DNA from: Lama guanicoe | Taxonomy: Eukaryota | DNA: 64,000 nt | NCBI GenBank assembly: GCA_013239625.1 | Contig: MU053559.1 | Span: 682,001-746,000 of the forward strand | Direction of reading: 5' to 3' | Shown here: positions 1 through 12,044 of the stretch, piece by piece | Layout of the letters: each line of letters starts with the position of its first letter | Position numbering within the stretch: the first letter of the stretch is position 1 | Translations under genes and position numbers: made by a program | The notes under the pieces: generated by a model | The model's database searches: none | What the model was told of the DNA's origin: nothing | What the model saw: the letters and a program-made list of their open reading frames with translations, nothing else

Positions 1-1410
1 TTGAACCTCAGCAGCTGGGTGGAGGGCTATTGCCCCACGACCATTTCAGCCTCCATCTGTATTAAAACAGTCAAGTGGTCCTGTTGGGTTAGAGTTCAAG
101 CACTTCTCCATGCTGGATCCTAGCATCATCCAGTATTATTTGTTGTGTCTGCCTGATCTAATTCGTAAAAGGGCTAACTCTCATCCTTTGCCTTCTTCCT
201 GGAAGAGAATCTCTCTAGTCTGCTTATTCTGGATAATAAATCTTTTTCTTCTGAATGCTGCTCCTCATTAAAAACGAATTCAGCTTGTCTCATGACACCT
301 ACACTAGTACTTTTCTCCCCTAAAGCCTTTTTCAGTCTTGTGGGCCAGTGTTGTTTAATTCACCATGCATGCTGTTATGTTATCATCGTGTACTAATGGC
401 CTGAGTGCAGTTAGGATACATGTTTCGTACCCCACTAGAGTTAGATGAGTGGTAGGCACATCTAGATGTAATCTAGTTGGAGTACGCCATCTAGCCTCTC
501 ATAGCCTTCCTCATCTCAGGGTGGGGCTGTCCTCCAAAGAATTTGGACTCGCCATGTGATGCCTACTGCTTTAATCCCATCTGAAATCCATTTTTTTAAA
601 CTTTAATAGCTTTCTATCTACAAAAACAAGGGCGATATATACCTGTGTACAACACACTGCCATGTCAGGCATGCCGCTGTTATATTTTGTCCATTATAAC
701 CAGGGACCTTTCTAAGCATTCTATCATCAAGGTTTATAGTGACATAGAAATCAATTTGCTGAAAGACTACACAATCTGATGGCCCAGTAGGGAGTAGTTC
801 CCAGATACTCCTTCTCAAGGGATATACTTTATAGTAGACGTATCCTGAAAAACAAGAAGCAAAAGATACTGGCATGTTGAGTTCCATTCAGTCATCAACA
901 GCTAGTCCAGGTCATCATCATATGGTATGACCAAAATGTAACCCAGAGTGATGCCACTCAGTTTGCAGGCTTCCTTCTGACCTTGATACTTTCCAAAAGT
1001 AGGGGTGGTCTCGGCAAACATGGCTTCACCTTTTCAAGCATCTGGTATAATTGTACTAAGAGACAATATCATTCTTTTGCTCTGAGCCTTTCTCACGGCA
1101 CCAGTGTCATAGTGAATTTCCCTCATTGCATAAACCATTTATTTGTTCCTTTCCCCTCAGTTACCATTTGTCCTTGTCTCTATTTGTCATTGATTTTAAC
1201 CCAAACGTTTCCTCTTTTGGAAGGGATATTAAAATCAGCTACTGTGTCAGTACAGATTGCCAACAGCAATACCAATCTAGCAATGCATCTTCCCTCAGTC
1301 CATTCCCATTCATATGGGTAGTGTTACATGGTACAGAATTAGTGGGCTACTTTGACCAATAGGTAATAGAGCTGTATTAACTGTCAGATCCTGCTGTCTT
1401 CAGGTATTTA
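1..1410 (-). mobile_element. Decayed ERV-L-type internal fragment (dUTPase-like segment and pol C-terminus)
   Basis: Minus strand reads WTEGRCIARLVLL (dUTPase-like, about 1260-1310) and VWVKINDK*RQGQMVTEGKGTNKWF (about 1135-1205), resembling the ERV-L VWV...AEGKG..W motif. The identity of 1-1000 is uncertain. Confidence 0.5.
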
Positions 1411-1419
1411 TGCTGGTTT

Positions 1420-4400
1420 CTTGGACCCTTTGTGTCCTTTTCTGGTTAGAAAAATAGGGATCTATGATGGTGAGTAACACCTTCTAATTTAGTCCAGTAC
1501 TCTGGACATTTTTGTAGCATGGTAGTAAGGGGTTACTTTTCTTCCTGGCAAAGAGATGTTTCTTTGCCCCTCTGTAAGGCCTCTTCTGTTTCCCCTTGGC
1601 TCCCTTAAACTGGGGATTGTGCATGGGAATTTCCTCAGCTCCCCAAACCCATGGATTTGGTGTGGGACTTGACTTAGCTTCTCAATCTCTGAAGATTGCA
1701 CGTGGGGGTTCACTTGGCTATTCACCCCAGAAATTATGCATGGGGGCTACCTTGGCTCTCTGCCCTGGAGACTGCATGAAGGGGTCCTTGAGCTCTCCAA
1801 TCTCAGTTTAACTATCTGCTAATCCCATGGGTAACTCATTCTGTCAGGCGTCTCTCCTTCTCTTCTTCCCTGCTTACTACATGCTTTGCCATTACTGCAC
1901 TTATTTAGTTTAATAGCTTCACAAACAGCAGAAATTTATCAAAGGAATTTTGGAACTTCAATGATCTCTTTGGGAAATTTGAGGCCTTCCCAAACGGACC
2001 ATCTGGGACCTGTCCCTTCCCATCACTTCCACTTCTTTTTCCTTCTTCCTCCATTTACTACCTATGCTCTTCACCCCTTAAATCCTTTTATCTGTCCCCC
2101 TTCAACACCCCTGCCTGATCTTTCTCTTCCCACTCCAGCCCCTCAGTTTCCTGTACTCACTAGAGCTTTAGGCCTCCTGAATTTATTGGGAGACTCTTGA
2201 AGGGTTCAGGGAACCCAGAAACAACCACATGAGGCTGAAAAAATCTAACTGGAAACAGACTGGCTATTTTATCCACTCAGATGTCTTTGGAGACACTCAG
2301 ATAGCTGCTGGGTGTCTCTTTGGTACCTCACCCCATATTTATTCCACGGCCTCCATAAAATTACACATTAGGTCAAAGAAGATGGTGGGAGACTTTAAGT
2401 CCTCATATTGAACAGATAACTTCAATTTGTTCCATCTGTCAGAATAATCCTGATAAAAATATAAAGTGGGGCAAAGACAAGGGCCAACTCTGTTAAATAA
2501 ACCAGGGAGCTTTGTATTTCTGTGTTTATGCCTGACTCGACTAAAATTTTAGACTAAAAGCTGTAAGATCTTTGTATCTGTCTGTATGTTTATGTATGTA
2601 TGTATGTTATGTGTGTGATATTTTCCTGCCTTCAGATGGCATTACCAAATTGTTCAAATATTCTGACAACCTTTGACATTTTGCCTTCCCAATAACTAAT
2701 ACTGGTTGATACCTTTTATACCTAAAACTGACTTTGAGATTTCCCACAGGGCCACTGAACAATCACAAAGGATTTGTTCTTTCATCTTGAAAAAGAGGTG
2801 CTAAAAATAATTAGATTTATTTAATATTATATAAATTACTATATAAGTTGCATGGGGAGTGTTACCAAAAAAATACTTAGCCTTCCCTAGATTAAAGTTG
2901 TCTGGGTAAAATGTTATTGATACAAATATTTCAAAAATTATATAAAGTTCCTAGAGATTTGTCAGTGCACTCACCGTCCATGATATCTTTCTATTTATTA
3001 GAGTTCTCATGCTATTTTATCTTACATTAGGCAGGAACAATATAATTTTACCAGTCATAATGTCAATTATTTAAAAAATGTTAACTTGGTCACAATTTTA
3101 CTTTTCAAAATCCAGTATATTCTAGGCTAACTGGGGATTGTAAATTCCAACTGGAAATTTACATCACTTACCTATAGACTTCTATTAATATATAGATGCT
3201 TAGGACCTTCTCTTCAGCTCCTAAGTCTCATGGTTATAAAATAAATATGTTCTTACTATCACATATATGTTTTCTCTCTGGCTTTAAACTTTCCCTTGTA
3301 AAAGGGCTGCTGCCACTATGGTTACTAAACTTTTATCGCGACAAGTGTTCCACACATGGAGAATTCCACTGATTCTTTCAAGTGACTGAGGGACCCATTT
3401 CACCAGTAAAGTCATCCAAGAAATCCAACGACATCTTCCTTTATCACAAAAATTACACGGTCTTTATCATCCCCACTCATCTGGAATGATGGAGCTAATG
3501 GACTATTAAAATGAAAGCTTGCTAAATGGATGGAAGAACTCAATCTCCTATGGCCTAAAGGTTTTATCCTTATCTCTGATTGCCCTCTGGTCCTTTTCTG
3601 CTGGGTCATACCCACTGTCCCCATATAAAATAACTGACTGGCCCATAGCATTCTCTATTCTGTTTGGGCTCTTCAAGACCCTAACTTGGTCAACTCAGAT
3701 ATTCTGAAATATGGCAAGACATTTATTAATTATTCCCAAACTTATCTTCAGCAGGTTGAAGCTGCTTTCCCCCCAGTTCTCCCATGCAAACCACTATAGA
3801 ACCTGGAAGCTGGAGACTTAGTTCTCTGAAGGCAACATCACCAGAAAACTAATCTTGAACCCTGTTAAAAGGGCTCTTGCATCGTCCTCTTTATATCATT
3901 AACACTACTGCTAAACCCCAGGGAGCAAATCCTGGATTGGTATTTCTCAGCTGAGAAGATATTAAAATCTCCTCTAAATGAAGTCCATCCTAACTGCAGA
4001 CTCTAAACCCAGAGTCTCTCAAGAGCCCCCAGAAGCATACGTTGCCACAAGGTAGACTGCTTTCCCAAGAACTTCAGACCAAGTAGATGGCATCATGAGG
4101 TGGTCACGTCTGCTCAAGATGCCAAAACAAGACCCTGAAGGATGCTCTTGCATTCTTCTGATTCTCACCATTTAAAAAAACTGTCCTTTTGTACAGTGTC
4201 ATCCTTTTTCTCTAGTCCCTCCAGCATCGTCTTTGCTATCCACATAACTCCCCTCATTACAACTGCAGCTTTCCATAATGAGCCTTCATTTGTAGTATCT
4301 CCTCTTCCTCTTCACCCGAGCTATTCTCCCCTTTACAATTCTGCCATCCCTGCAAAGACCCAGAATCTATGGCATTCCTTCACTCAACTCACAGAACAGT

Positions 4401-5494
4401 TTCACAACCCTACTTTAGATTGCTGGTTATGTTCTCCCTTCTCTTTGGAAGCCTCCAGCTTCCCTTAAATTCCTATGCCACCTCAGATTTAAGGGCATCT
4501 TTTGTGCTATCACTCAGGGTCCCTTTAGTAGCTTTTCTCCATAGACTTCAAAAGAAATCTCCTTCAATCTCAATACTTTTCAAAAAGGGCAGTCTATGCT
4601 TAAGAAGACTGCCGCCTTTTCTCACGCTAACTACTTTATTACCTCTGATTTAAGCTTTCCAGACTCTAGATGAGCCAAAAAATCACCAAAACATGTTACA
4701 ACTACAAGGCTAGGCAGAATCCAAGCCCTGGAAGGAGGCTGTGGCCTTCCTGTCTCATCAGGTTCTCAAGAAGCCTTTGAACAAGAGGCTAAGAGACTGG
4801 GAGTAAATATAAAAATCCTGTTGCAGCAAGTCATGTGTAGGCAATCTGCATGCCTAGAGCTGCTGCTGTGTGGGCCACTCAGAAGCTCACTAGACCACCT
4901 GCATCTTCCATGCTCTGCTACAGGAAATAACCATGACTGTGGATGATCTTACGAAAACCACCAACATCATTAGCAGAGAACTACAGAACTCCAATGAGTG
5001 GTCCTTCATAATTGCCTGGCATTGGACACAATCCTAGCTTCTCAAGGGGGGACTTGTGCAATGGTCAGAAGCCACTGCTGTGCATGTGTTTCCCAAAACC
5101 TCTCTGATGTCTATGCCATTGCCAAAAATACTCAGAAATTCCAGGACATTCTTCAGATTGCCACTGCCATCCTCACTCCACTGTCTGAATACCCTTCAGG
5201 CCCGATATCTAGGAATCTTCTCAACCAGCTCTCTCTAAACCTCAAATCTTGGTTTTACTCCCTTACTCGACCTTTAATAACTATTATTTTATTTTATTCC
5301 TAGGTATATCTCTTATTAAATGCCTAATCTCTAAGACCCTCCAACAGCTGTCAGCCTGACAGCAGAATCAACACGATACAGTCATCAGTCCTTCAAGAAC
5401 TATTTGGACCTAACTCAACTTCACAAAGGCTCTTATTCCATCCCTAATAGTGTTTAAGGACAGATTTTTGTCTGACTTACACAACAGGGAGGAG
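1420..5494 (+). mobile_element. Decayed class I (ERV1, MER4-group-like) proviral interior: leader, gag, integrase and env remnants
   Basis: gag-like ATGGGTAAC (MGNS) at 1827. Integrase TFPCKRA...SSD*GTHFT...HPHSSG at about 3250-3960. env CWLC at 4421-4432; immunosuppressive domain LHNCLALDTILASQGG and CX6CC (5055-5081). Polypurine tract at about 5484-5494. Many stops and frameshifts. Confidence 0.85.
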
Positions 5495-5950
5495 TAAGTG
5501 TTCATAATTGCCTATTACTTACTGTCTGCTTTGTCTTGACCAAACATGAGTCAGGCTTCTCTCTTCCTATAGGTTCCCGAACTCTGCTTGCCCTCAAGCC
5601 CCAACAAAAACAACAAAAAAGAGAAATTTGCCTGCCTTCTCAGTTTCACCAGGGAATCAACTGGCAACAGTTGGACACCTTCCTGTCAAACCCCACTGGT
5701 CATTTCCCCTTGCTTGTCCAACTTCCCCTCCAAAGATTCTGCTTATCTCTGTTCGCCTCCTCTGTGCCCTATAAAAGAAAAGCCTTTTTCTGCATGATTG
5801 TGAAACTCTTGCATACTTATGGTCACAGCATCCTTCCTATTGCAACCACCACATCCTCCCATTGCAATGGTCCCTTTCCCTCCCTTATAATAATCCTTTG
5901 GGGACAAAAAAATTTCTTCTTCCTAAGTCTTGATTTGTTTTTCTTTGACA
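5495..5950 (+). mobile_element. 3' LTR of the ERV1 element (MER31/MER67-like)
   Basis: Follows the polypurine tract; TGACCAAAC..GAGTCAGGC motif, TATAAAA at 5770-5776, ends TTCTTTGACA at 5950. Confidence 0.75.
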
Positions 5951-7424
5951 ACCAACCTGCCACAAGATGTGTTAGTAAGGACCCAGAAATAGGTAATCTA
6001 GGGCTATGCTATTAACATCATGGCTGCTAAAGTATGGGGAGATACAGCCAAGTGTTCTAGCCCTTGGGCAATTTATTTAATTTCTGTGGGTAACTCCTAG
6101 GACATGGCTGTCTGTGTTTCTTTCATTGCTGCATGGTGTCCTGCACATACGCTATTCCTGCTGCCCCCTCCCCATCCAATTAGTGACTTGAAAGTGGTTA
6201 GTATTAGGGGAATACTTGGAAAGATTGTTTGTGGTGTTGAAGAATTGTGGCTAGTGTGGCTGGTGAGGGCAAGTCCTTGAGGGGTTCTGCTGCTGAGTAA
6301 AAATCTGCTCAAATTTTGAGTCAAACCCAGTTTCCAGTGTCAGATGAGGGGAAGGGAAACCCTTTACAAGGGATTCCATTACAGGCCCACCAAGGCTCCC
6401 TCTGTTGCCTGTAATCTTTGTTCCTGTGAAGGCAAGTTGTGTGGCTTAGTGCAATTCCAGGTGGTGTTAATAGAAGCTTATGATGTTACAGCCAAGCACA
6501 CATGCCTGTTATACACCTCATACTCAGTATCTGATCCAACTCAGTTGGTTATAGGTTCAGCCCATGATTGGCCGCATATTTGAAGTAAAAGTTGATCTGC
6601 AGGGTTAGAAGGCACCTGTGAGTCACAAGCTGTATCTTAGAATCTGGCTTAGCTAGAATGGGTGTTGCTGTTAGTAGTAGAGATGGGAGGAAGGGGAGAG
6701 GGGAAGAGGAGAAGGAGGAGGAGGAGCGCTAGCCTCAGTGTTGGTGTCTGTGGTTGTGTTAGTAGGACTGACTGATCTGAATAGCCAGCAATGTACTCCC
6801 TGTCATCCCATTCTGACCCATATTGTGTGTCTTTCTGTGTTGTGCATGGAACATGTTTCCAGATCTTGTCAACACTGGTGTAGGTAGGAACTTCTCAGGT
6901 ATGGAAGGGGCAGAGCAACAGAGTAGGGGTGAAAGTCAGAGGGAATCTGTGGGCAGCAGTAGGAGTTCTGATTGTCCCTTGGGTACTGTCCAAATGGTGT
7001 TACCTGGCCCAGGGGTAATTAGTTCCACCTCCTGGGTATTGGGAGCCAGTCCAAGATTGTTCTATGGTGATTTAGTGGAGTACGTGGGCAGCAGATGAGA
7101 ACACCTCTCTCTCCAGAGAGTGGTGAATGGTTGGCTTAGCTTACACTGGGTGAGGAGCAGAAGCACGCTGAGTATGGTCCCAGAGTTGGTGGTCCATTGT
7201 AAGCGCCCATAGGGATCAAGGAGGAAGTGGCTGCCAAGACTTGGGATTTTCTATGAGGGAGAAGGGAAAGGTGAAAGTACCAGGTAGATGTTCCTTTGCT
7301 GTGGGCAGCATGTCAGGGCTCCCATGTCCAACTAGTAGTTGGGTTGTTCCAATGTGGATGAATCCACCAGCAGAGGTCACAGCATCTCTATTGGTGGTCT
7401 CTTCATTTGTTGTGAATTTTTAAA

Positions 7425-7632
7425 AATTACTTATTTTTAAATTATTGAAGTATAGTCAGTCGACAATGTTGTGTCAATTTCTGGTGTACAGCATCATGTT
7501 TCAGTCATCCATATACATACATATATTCCTTTTCATATTCTTTTTCATTATAGGCTATTACAAAATATTGAATACAGTTCCTTGTTGCTATACAGTAGGA
7601 CCTTGTTGTTTATCTATTCTATATATAGTATG
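7425..7632 (-). mobile_element. L1 3' end fragment
   Basis: ATTGAAGTATAGT...CAAAATATTGAATACAGTTCC, an L1 3' UTR motif shared with several other copies in the window. Confidence 0.8.
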
Positions 7633-7926
7633 TCCAACAGAGCCCGCCAGTGTGTTTATGTTTTGGAGCCCAAACTACAGTTAATGTGATACAAGGGCAG
7701 TTGTCTTCCAGATGGGGCCCCACTTCTGTGGCTGCTGGATCCCTGTGTGGGGGCTGTCGTGGCCACTGGCAGGGATCAGAGGCAGGTTCCAAAGATGAGG
7801 CTGCCTCTGAAGGGGAAGCCTGCTGCAGCTTGTAATCTAACCCTAGTATGTAGTACTATTACTCCACTGATTTATTAGAGAACATCCAATTCGGGACCCT
7901 CTTGTCCCTTAGGGTTCAAGACAACC

Positions 7927-8412
7927 TGTGATGGTTAAGTTTGTGTCAACTTGACTGGGCCATGAGTGCCAAGACACTCGCACTCGTCAAACATTATGCT
8001 GCGTGTGTCTGCGAGGTTCTGGATGAGATTAACATTTGAGTTGGTGGGCTGAATACAGCTCACCCTCCCCAGTGTTGGTGGGTCTCACCCAACCAGTTGA
8101 AGGCCTGAATAGAACAGAAAGGCAACCCTCCTGAGGAATAAGAGGGAATTTCTTCCTGCCTGACAGCTTTGAGCTGGGACTTTGGTATTTTTCTGCTTTT
8201 GGACTCAAACTGAAACACTGGTTCTTCCTAAGCCTCAAGCCAGCAAGTCTTTGGACTGGAACTACACCATGGGCTCTCCTGGGGCTCCAGCTTGAGGACT
8301 GTAGACCTAGGGACTTGCCAGGAAAAACCTGTGAGCCAATTCCTTATAACAAACCTCTTTGTATACGTACATCCTATTGCTTCTGCTTCACTGGAGAATT
8401 CTGACTAATATA
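7927..8412 (+). mobile_element. MLT2-family solo LTR (ERV-L)
   Basis: Starts TGTGATGGTTAA..TGTGTCAACTTGACTGGGCCA and ends CTGGAGAATTCTGACTAATATA, the MLT2 termini. Confidence 0.85.
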
Positions 8413-9789
8413 TAACTTTTGTTTTCTCAGGGTTCACGCTTAAGCAGAGGCCAGGCTGTAGGTTTGTTTGGCTTAGGAATGGGGAGGGGTGGTGGCTTCA
8501 CTCTTGATAGTGATTTTGATTAAAGCCAGGTGGCCTAAACATTTGGTTCTGAGTTTGTCTTTCCTGACTTTCCATGAAATCCAGGGCAACTGTGGCTTTT
8601 GAACTGTTTTAGTGTTAAGCATCATTGCCGATAAACAGGACTCACCTTTGTCCGGAGCCCCTCTGAGCAACAACCCTGTGGACTCAGGACTCTATTCAGC
8701 CTCCCCGCACATGCCCAATCATCCTGCTGCACACCATCTGTTACCTGATAAGCCCACTCCAGCATCCCTAGCTGATGGAGGAGATCTTTGGCCTCACCTG
8801 GTATTTTCCGTTGACAGTCTGCGCAGGTGGTCATGAGGCCTCATGTGGGGTGCGTGGCCCTCCAAGCCATAAAAATCCACATCAGCAAGGTATATGGGGA
8901 CCGGGGTCCAAAACTGCCTCTGGAGGCCCTTCCCACCTTCCTCATTAATTGTGCAGGGACCCCCTCCCTTTTAGCAGGGACCCATTTTTCCATCCCGTAT
9001 TGTGGCAGCCAGTTGTTGAATTCCAGCCCCTGTTAGGTGGAGCTCACTCTCTGCCTGATACATTCTATTTACTCAGGCAGCCCCTTTTTCATTTGGTTTC
9101 TGGGATCTGTCCTTAAGGAGGGACTGGGCCTCAGGGAAAGAGATGTGTTTCCTTCCCCTGAGAGAGAACTGCTCCCTCCTTCCTGACTGTCCCCTCCTGT
9201 CCCTTCTGTCTTTATTACTCTGCAGGCCATGCTGGCATCATGCTGCCTGGGCCTCTAGAGGGCGCTAGTCCTCTTCTCCAGGGCCCTTCCTTCCGTCTGG
9301 TCTTCCTGGGAGCATCAGCTCCTATCTCCTCTCTAGGCTATGTCCTGCTGAGAAGCCGCCCAGAGGAAGTTCTCACAGGCCTCTGGTGTTCAATAGGATG
9401 GCCCCCTGTTGAGGAGCCCTGGGATGAGCAGGAAGATGACTTCCTTGTTTCTGTCACTTATTAAGTAATGCTTTTGCCATCTCAGCCCAAGAGTTGGGGT
9501 CCAGATACCCCTACAGGGAGGGGCTAGAATGATGCCATCTGAACAGCATCAGTCAGGCTAGCTGTTTGCAGAGGTGCTTCCCTCAGCTGCACTTAGGGGA
9601 CTAACCTTGGCCTGATGCCTCTATCTTATAGGCTTGTTTAGCTGCCATAGTGGTCCGCAGCCACAAGGATGTCCTCTCATCTCAGAGTACCTCCAAATCA
9701 CTGGCCAGTGTCAGGGAGCTCCTCCCATTATAGCCCATTATGGGGTCAGGGATAAACCCCCTCAGTCCAGAGGTGTACACTGCTCCCCC

Positions 9790-9920
9790 TTTTATTTTTT
9801 GGGGGGTAATTAGGTTTATTTATTAATTTTTAAATTTTTTTAATGGAGGTACTGGGGATTGAACCCAGGACATTGTGCATGCTAAGCACATGCTCTACCA
9901 CTGAGCTGTACCCTGCCCCC
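9790..9920 (-). mobile_element. tRNA-Ala-derived SINE (camelid Vic-1-like)
   Basis: Minus strand GGGTACAGCTCAGTGGTAGAGCATGTGCTTAGCATGCAC...GGTTCAATCCCCAGTACCTCCA with A and B boxes and an A-rich tail. Confidence 0.88.
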
Positions 9921-10315
9921 TACCTCCCCTTTTCTGTTCAGGCCCACAGGTCTTACAATGTCCACCACCTACTAAACGGGTATCCAGGTGGGCAGGCTGA
10001 CATCCTATTCCATGCAAATCAGCCCCTCTGACCTCCCCCTCCAGAATCAGTTCTGGTGACATGTGTTCACTCAAATACCAATGTTATCACTTGACCAGGC
10101 TATTGAAGCACAGGGGGATATTCCCCAAAATATAGAGTGTGATATAGCACAGAGCAATGCCATGCCAAACCGTTGCAATGACATTCCAAATGTTGAATCC
10201 CAATCATCTGAGGCCATCCAGGATTTTTGTTGATTGATTATCATGCTGACTAGGTGGTCCCCACATCTATTTCCTAACCATCTCCAGAAATTCTTCCCTT
10301 CTCCTTATGGCCACT

Positions 10316-10855
10316 TGTAGGGGTTTGAGGTATTTGGGGGTTAATCCAGAAAAAATGTATGACCACGAGGTGGCAGTAGCACACACAAGCTGTATTGGGT
10401 TTGCAGGCAGGAGAAGTGTCTCCCAGCAAGAGCCCGTACAGAGGCTATGGTCAAGGGTTGCTACTAAGATGGGGAGGAGGGCAAAGGAACTGTTGGGGGC
10501 TAGGGAGTTAAGAGATGGAGCTTATGCGTCTAGGTGATGTCGTTCAGCAGCGAAGTGGGGAGTCTCTGGGTCAGAGAGCTCTGAAGAGCAGCAGCAACTT
10601 GGGTCTTTCATAGCCTGGGGCTTATCTTAGTGATTGCCCACAGATGTAGGGTGAGGTTTCATGGGGTATGCAAAACAGGTAGGCTCTAGGTGGTGAAAAA
10701 TCTGCTTGTTTGGGCTATTTATAAAATAATCGGATGTGTAAACATTTAGTTTGGCACCAGCTGGCTTTTGAGCTATTGCGCCTCAGCCTGCAGTGAAGAA
10801 ATAAACAACCTAGGCGCCAAAACACAAAGACCATCTTTGACCTAGCTGTATAACA
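10316..10855 (-). mobile_element. ERV-L-type LTR (MER76-like), probable 5' LTR of the 5951-10315 element
   Basis: TG...CA termini. Minus-strand start TGTTATACAGCTAGGTCAAAGATGG resembles MER76 as recalled. Followed directly by a PBS-like AGTGGCCATAAGGAG. Confidence 0.65.
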
Positions 10856-11204
10856 GGTGAGCGCATAATCCATCCCATTAGATCCTTAGGAATTCTGGCA
10901 TAAAGATTTCAAGATATAGTTACAGATCTCTCATTTAGGGATCATCCCTGCTTCTGGCACCTGCCATGGTAGCCCTAGTCCGAGGACCACTACATCAGGT
11001 AGGAAAGAAAAAAGTCGAGGTGATGTGGGGAAAGAATTGTGTAGTAGGAACAGTATCTTCCCTGCCCTCTCTGCCTCAGACCTCTCAAAAAAATGGAGGA
11101 ATCTTGTCAGTGGGGACTCTCCCTTGGCTGGTATCATGTTAAATGTGAGCATATAGTCATGAAGGGGGTAAAGCAGCTCTTCGTGCCTTTATCCCCCCCC
11201 ATTT

Positions 11205-12042
11205 TATTTTTATTTTGTAACAGTGATTAATTTTATTTATTTATTTTTAATTGAAGTATAGTTGGTTTACAATGTGTTAATTTCTAGTGTACAGCATAGT
11301 GATTCAGATATATATATATATATATTCCTCTCCATTATAGGCTATTACAAGATATTGAATATAGTTCCCTGTGCTATACGGTAGAAACTTGTTGTTTATT
11401 TTATATATAGTAGTTAGTATCTGCAAAATATCTGCAAACCAAACTCCCAGTTTATCCCTCCACCCCTTCCTTTCCCTCTGGTAACCATAAGTTTGTTTTC
11501 TATGTCTGTGAGTCTGTTTCTGTTTTGTAAATAAGTTCTTTTGTGTCATTTTAAAAAATCCTACATATACGTGATACTATACGGCATTTTTCTTTCTCTT
11601 TCTGACTTACTTCACTTAGTATGACGGTCTCCAGGTCCAACCATTTTGCTGAAAATGGCATTATTTCATTTTTATGGCTGAGTAATATTCTATTGTAGAC
11701 ATATACCACAACTTCTTTATCCAATCATCTGTCAGTGGACATTTAGCCTGTTTCCATGTCTTGGCTATTGTAAATAGTGTGGCTATGAACATTGGGGTGC
11801 GTGTATCTTTTCAAATTGGAATTTTCTCCAGATATATGCCCAGGAGTGGGATTGCTGGATCATAGGGTAAGTCTATTTTTAGTTTTTAAAGGAATCTCCA
11901 TACTGTTTTCCATAGTGGCTGCAGCAAACTACATTCCCACCAACAGAGTAGGAGGGTTCCTTTTTCTCCACACCCTCTCCTGCATTTATTGTTTGTGGAC
12001 TTTTTAGTGATGCCCATTCTGACTGGTGTGAGGTGATATCTC
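11205..12042 (-). mobile_element. L1 3' end (ORF2 C-terminus and 3' UTR)
   Basis: Minus-strand [18 protein letters not shown], typical of the L1 ORF2 C-terminus, plus 3' UTR and T-rich tail. Confidence 0.9.
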
Positions 12043-12044
12043 CC

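Larger units (their letters stand above)
5951..10315 (-). mobile_element. Decayed ERV interior with ERV-L-like gag and gamma-type env remnant
   Basis: Minus strand EAKDLLHQLGMLEWAY (about 8750-8800) resembles ERV-L gag. IAQGLEHLAVSPHTLAAMM..NSIALDYLF..NTSC (about 5960-6075) resembles env TM. Interrupted by L1, MLT2 and a SINE. Confidence 0.6.

Noticed and set aside
4142..5360. Domesticated syncytin-like env (also considered for 5960-7400 and 61600-62500)
   Set aside because: All three are broken by stops, frameshifts or large deletions.
9843..9920. tRNA-Ala genes (also at the six other SINE sites)
   Set aside because: Diverged copies with A-rich tails and TSDs are SINEs, not tRNA genes.
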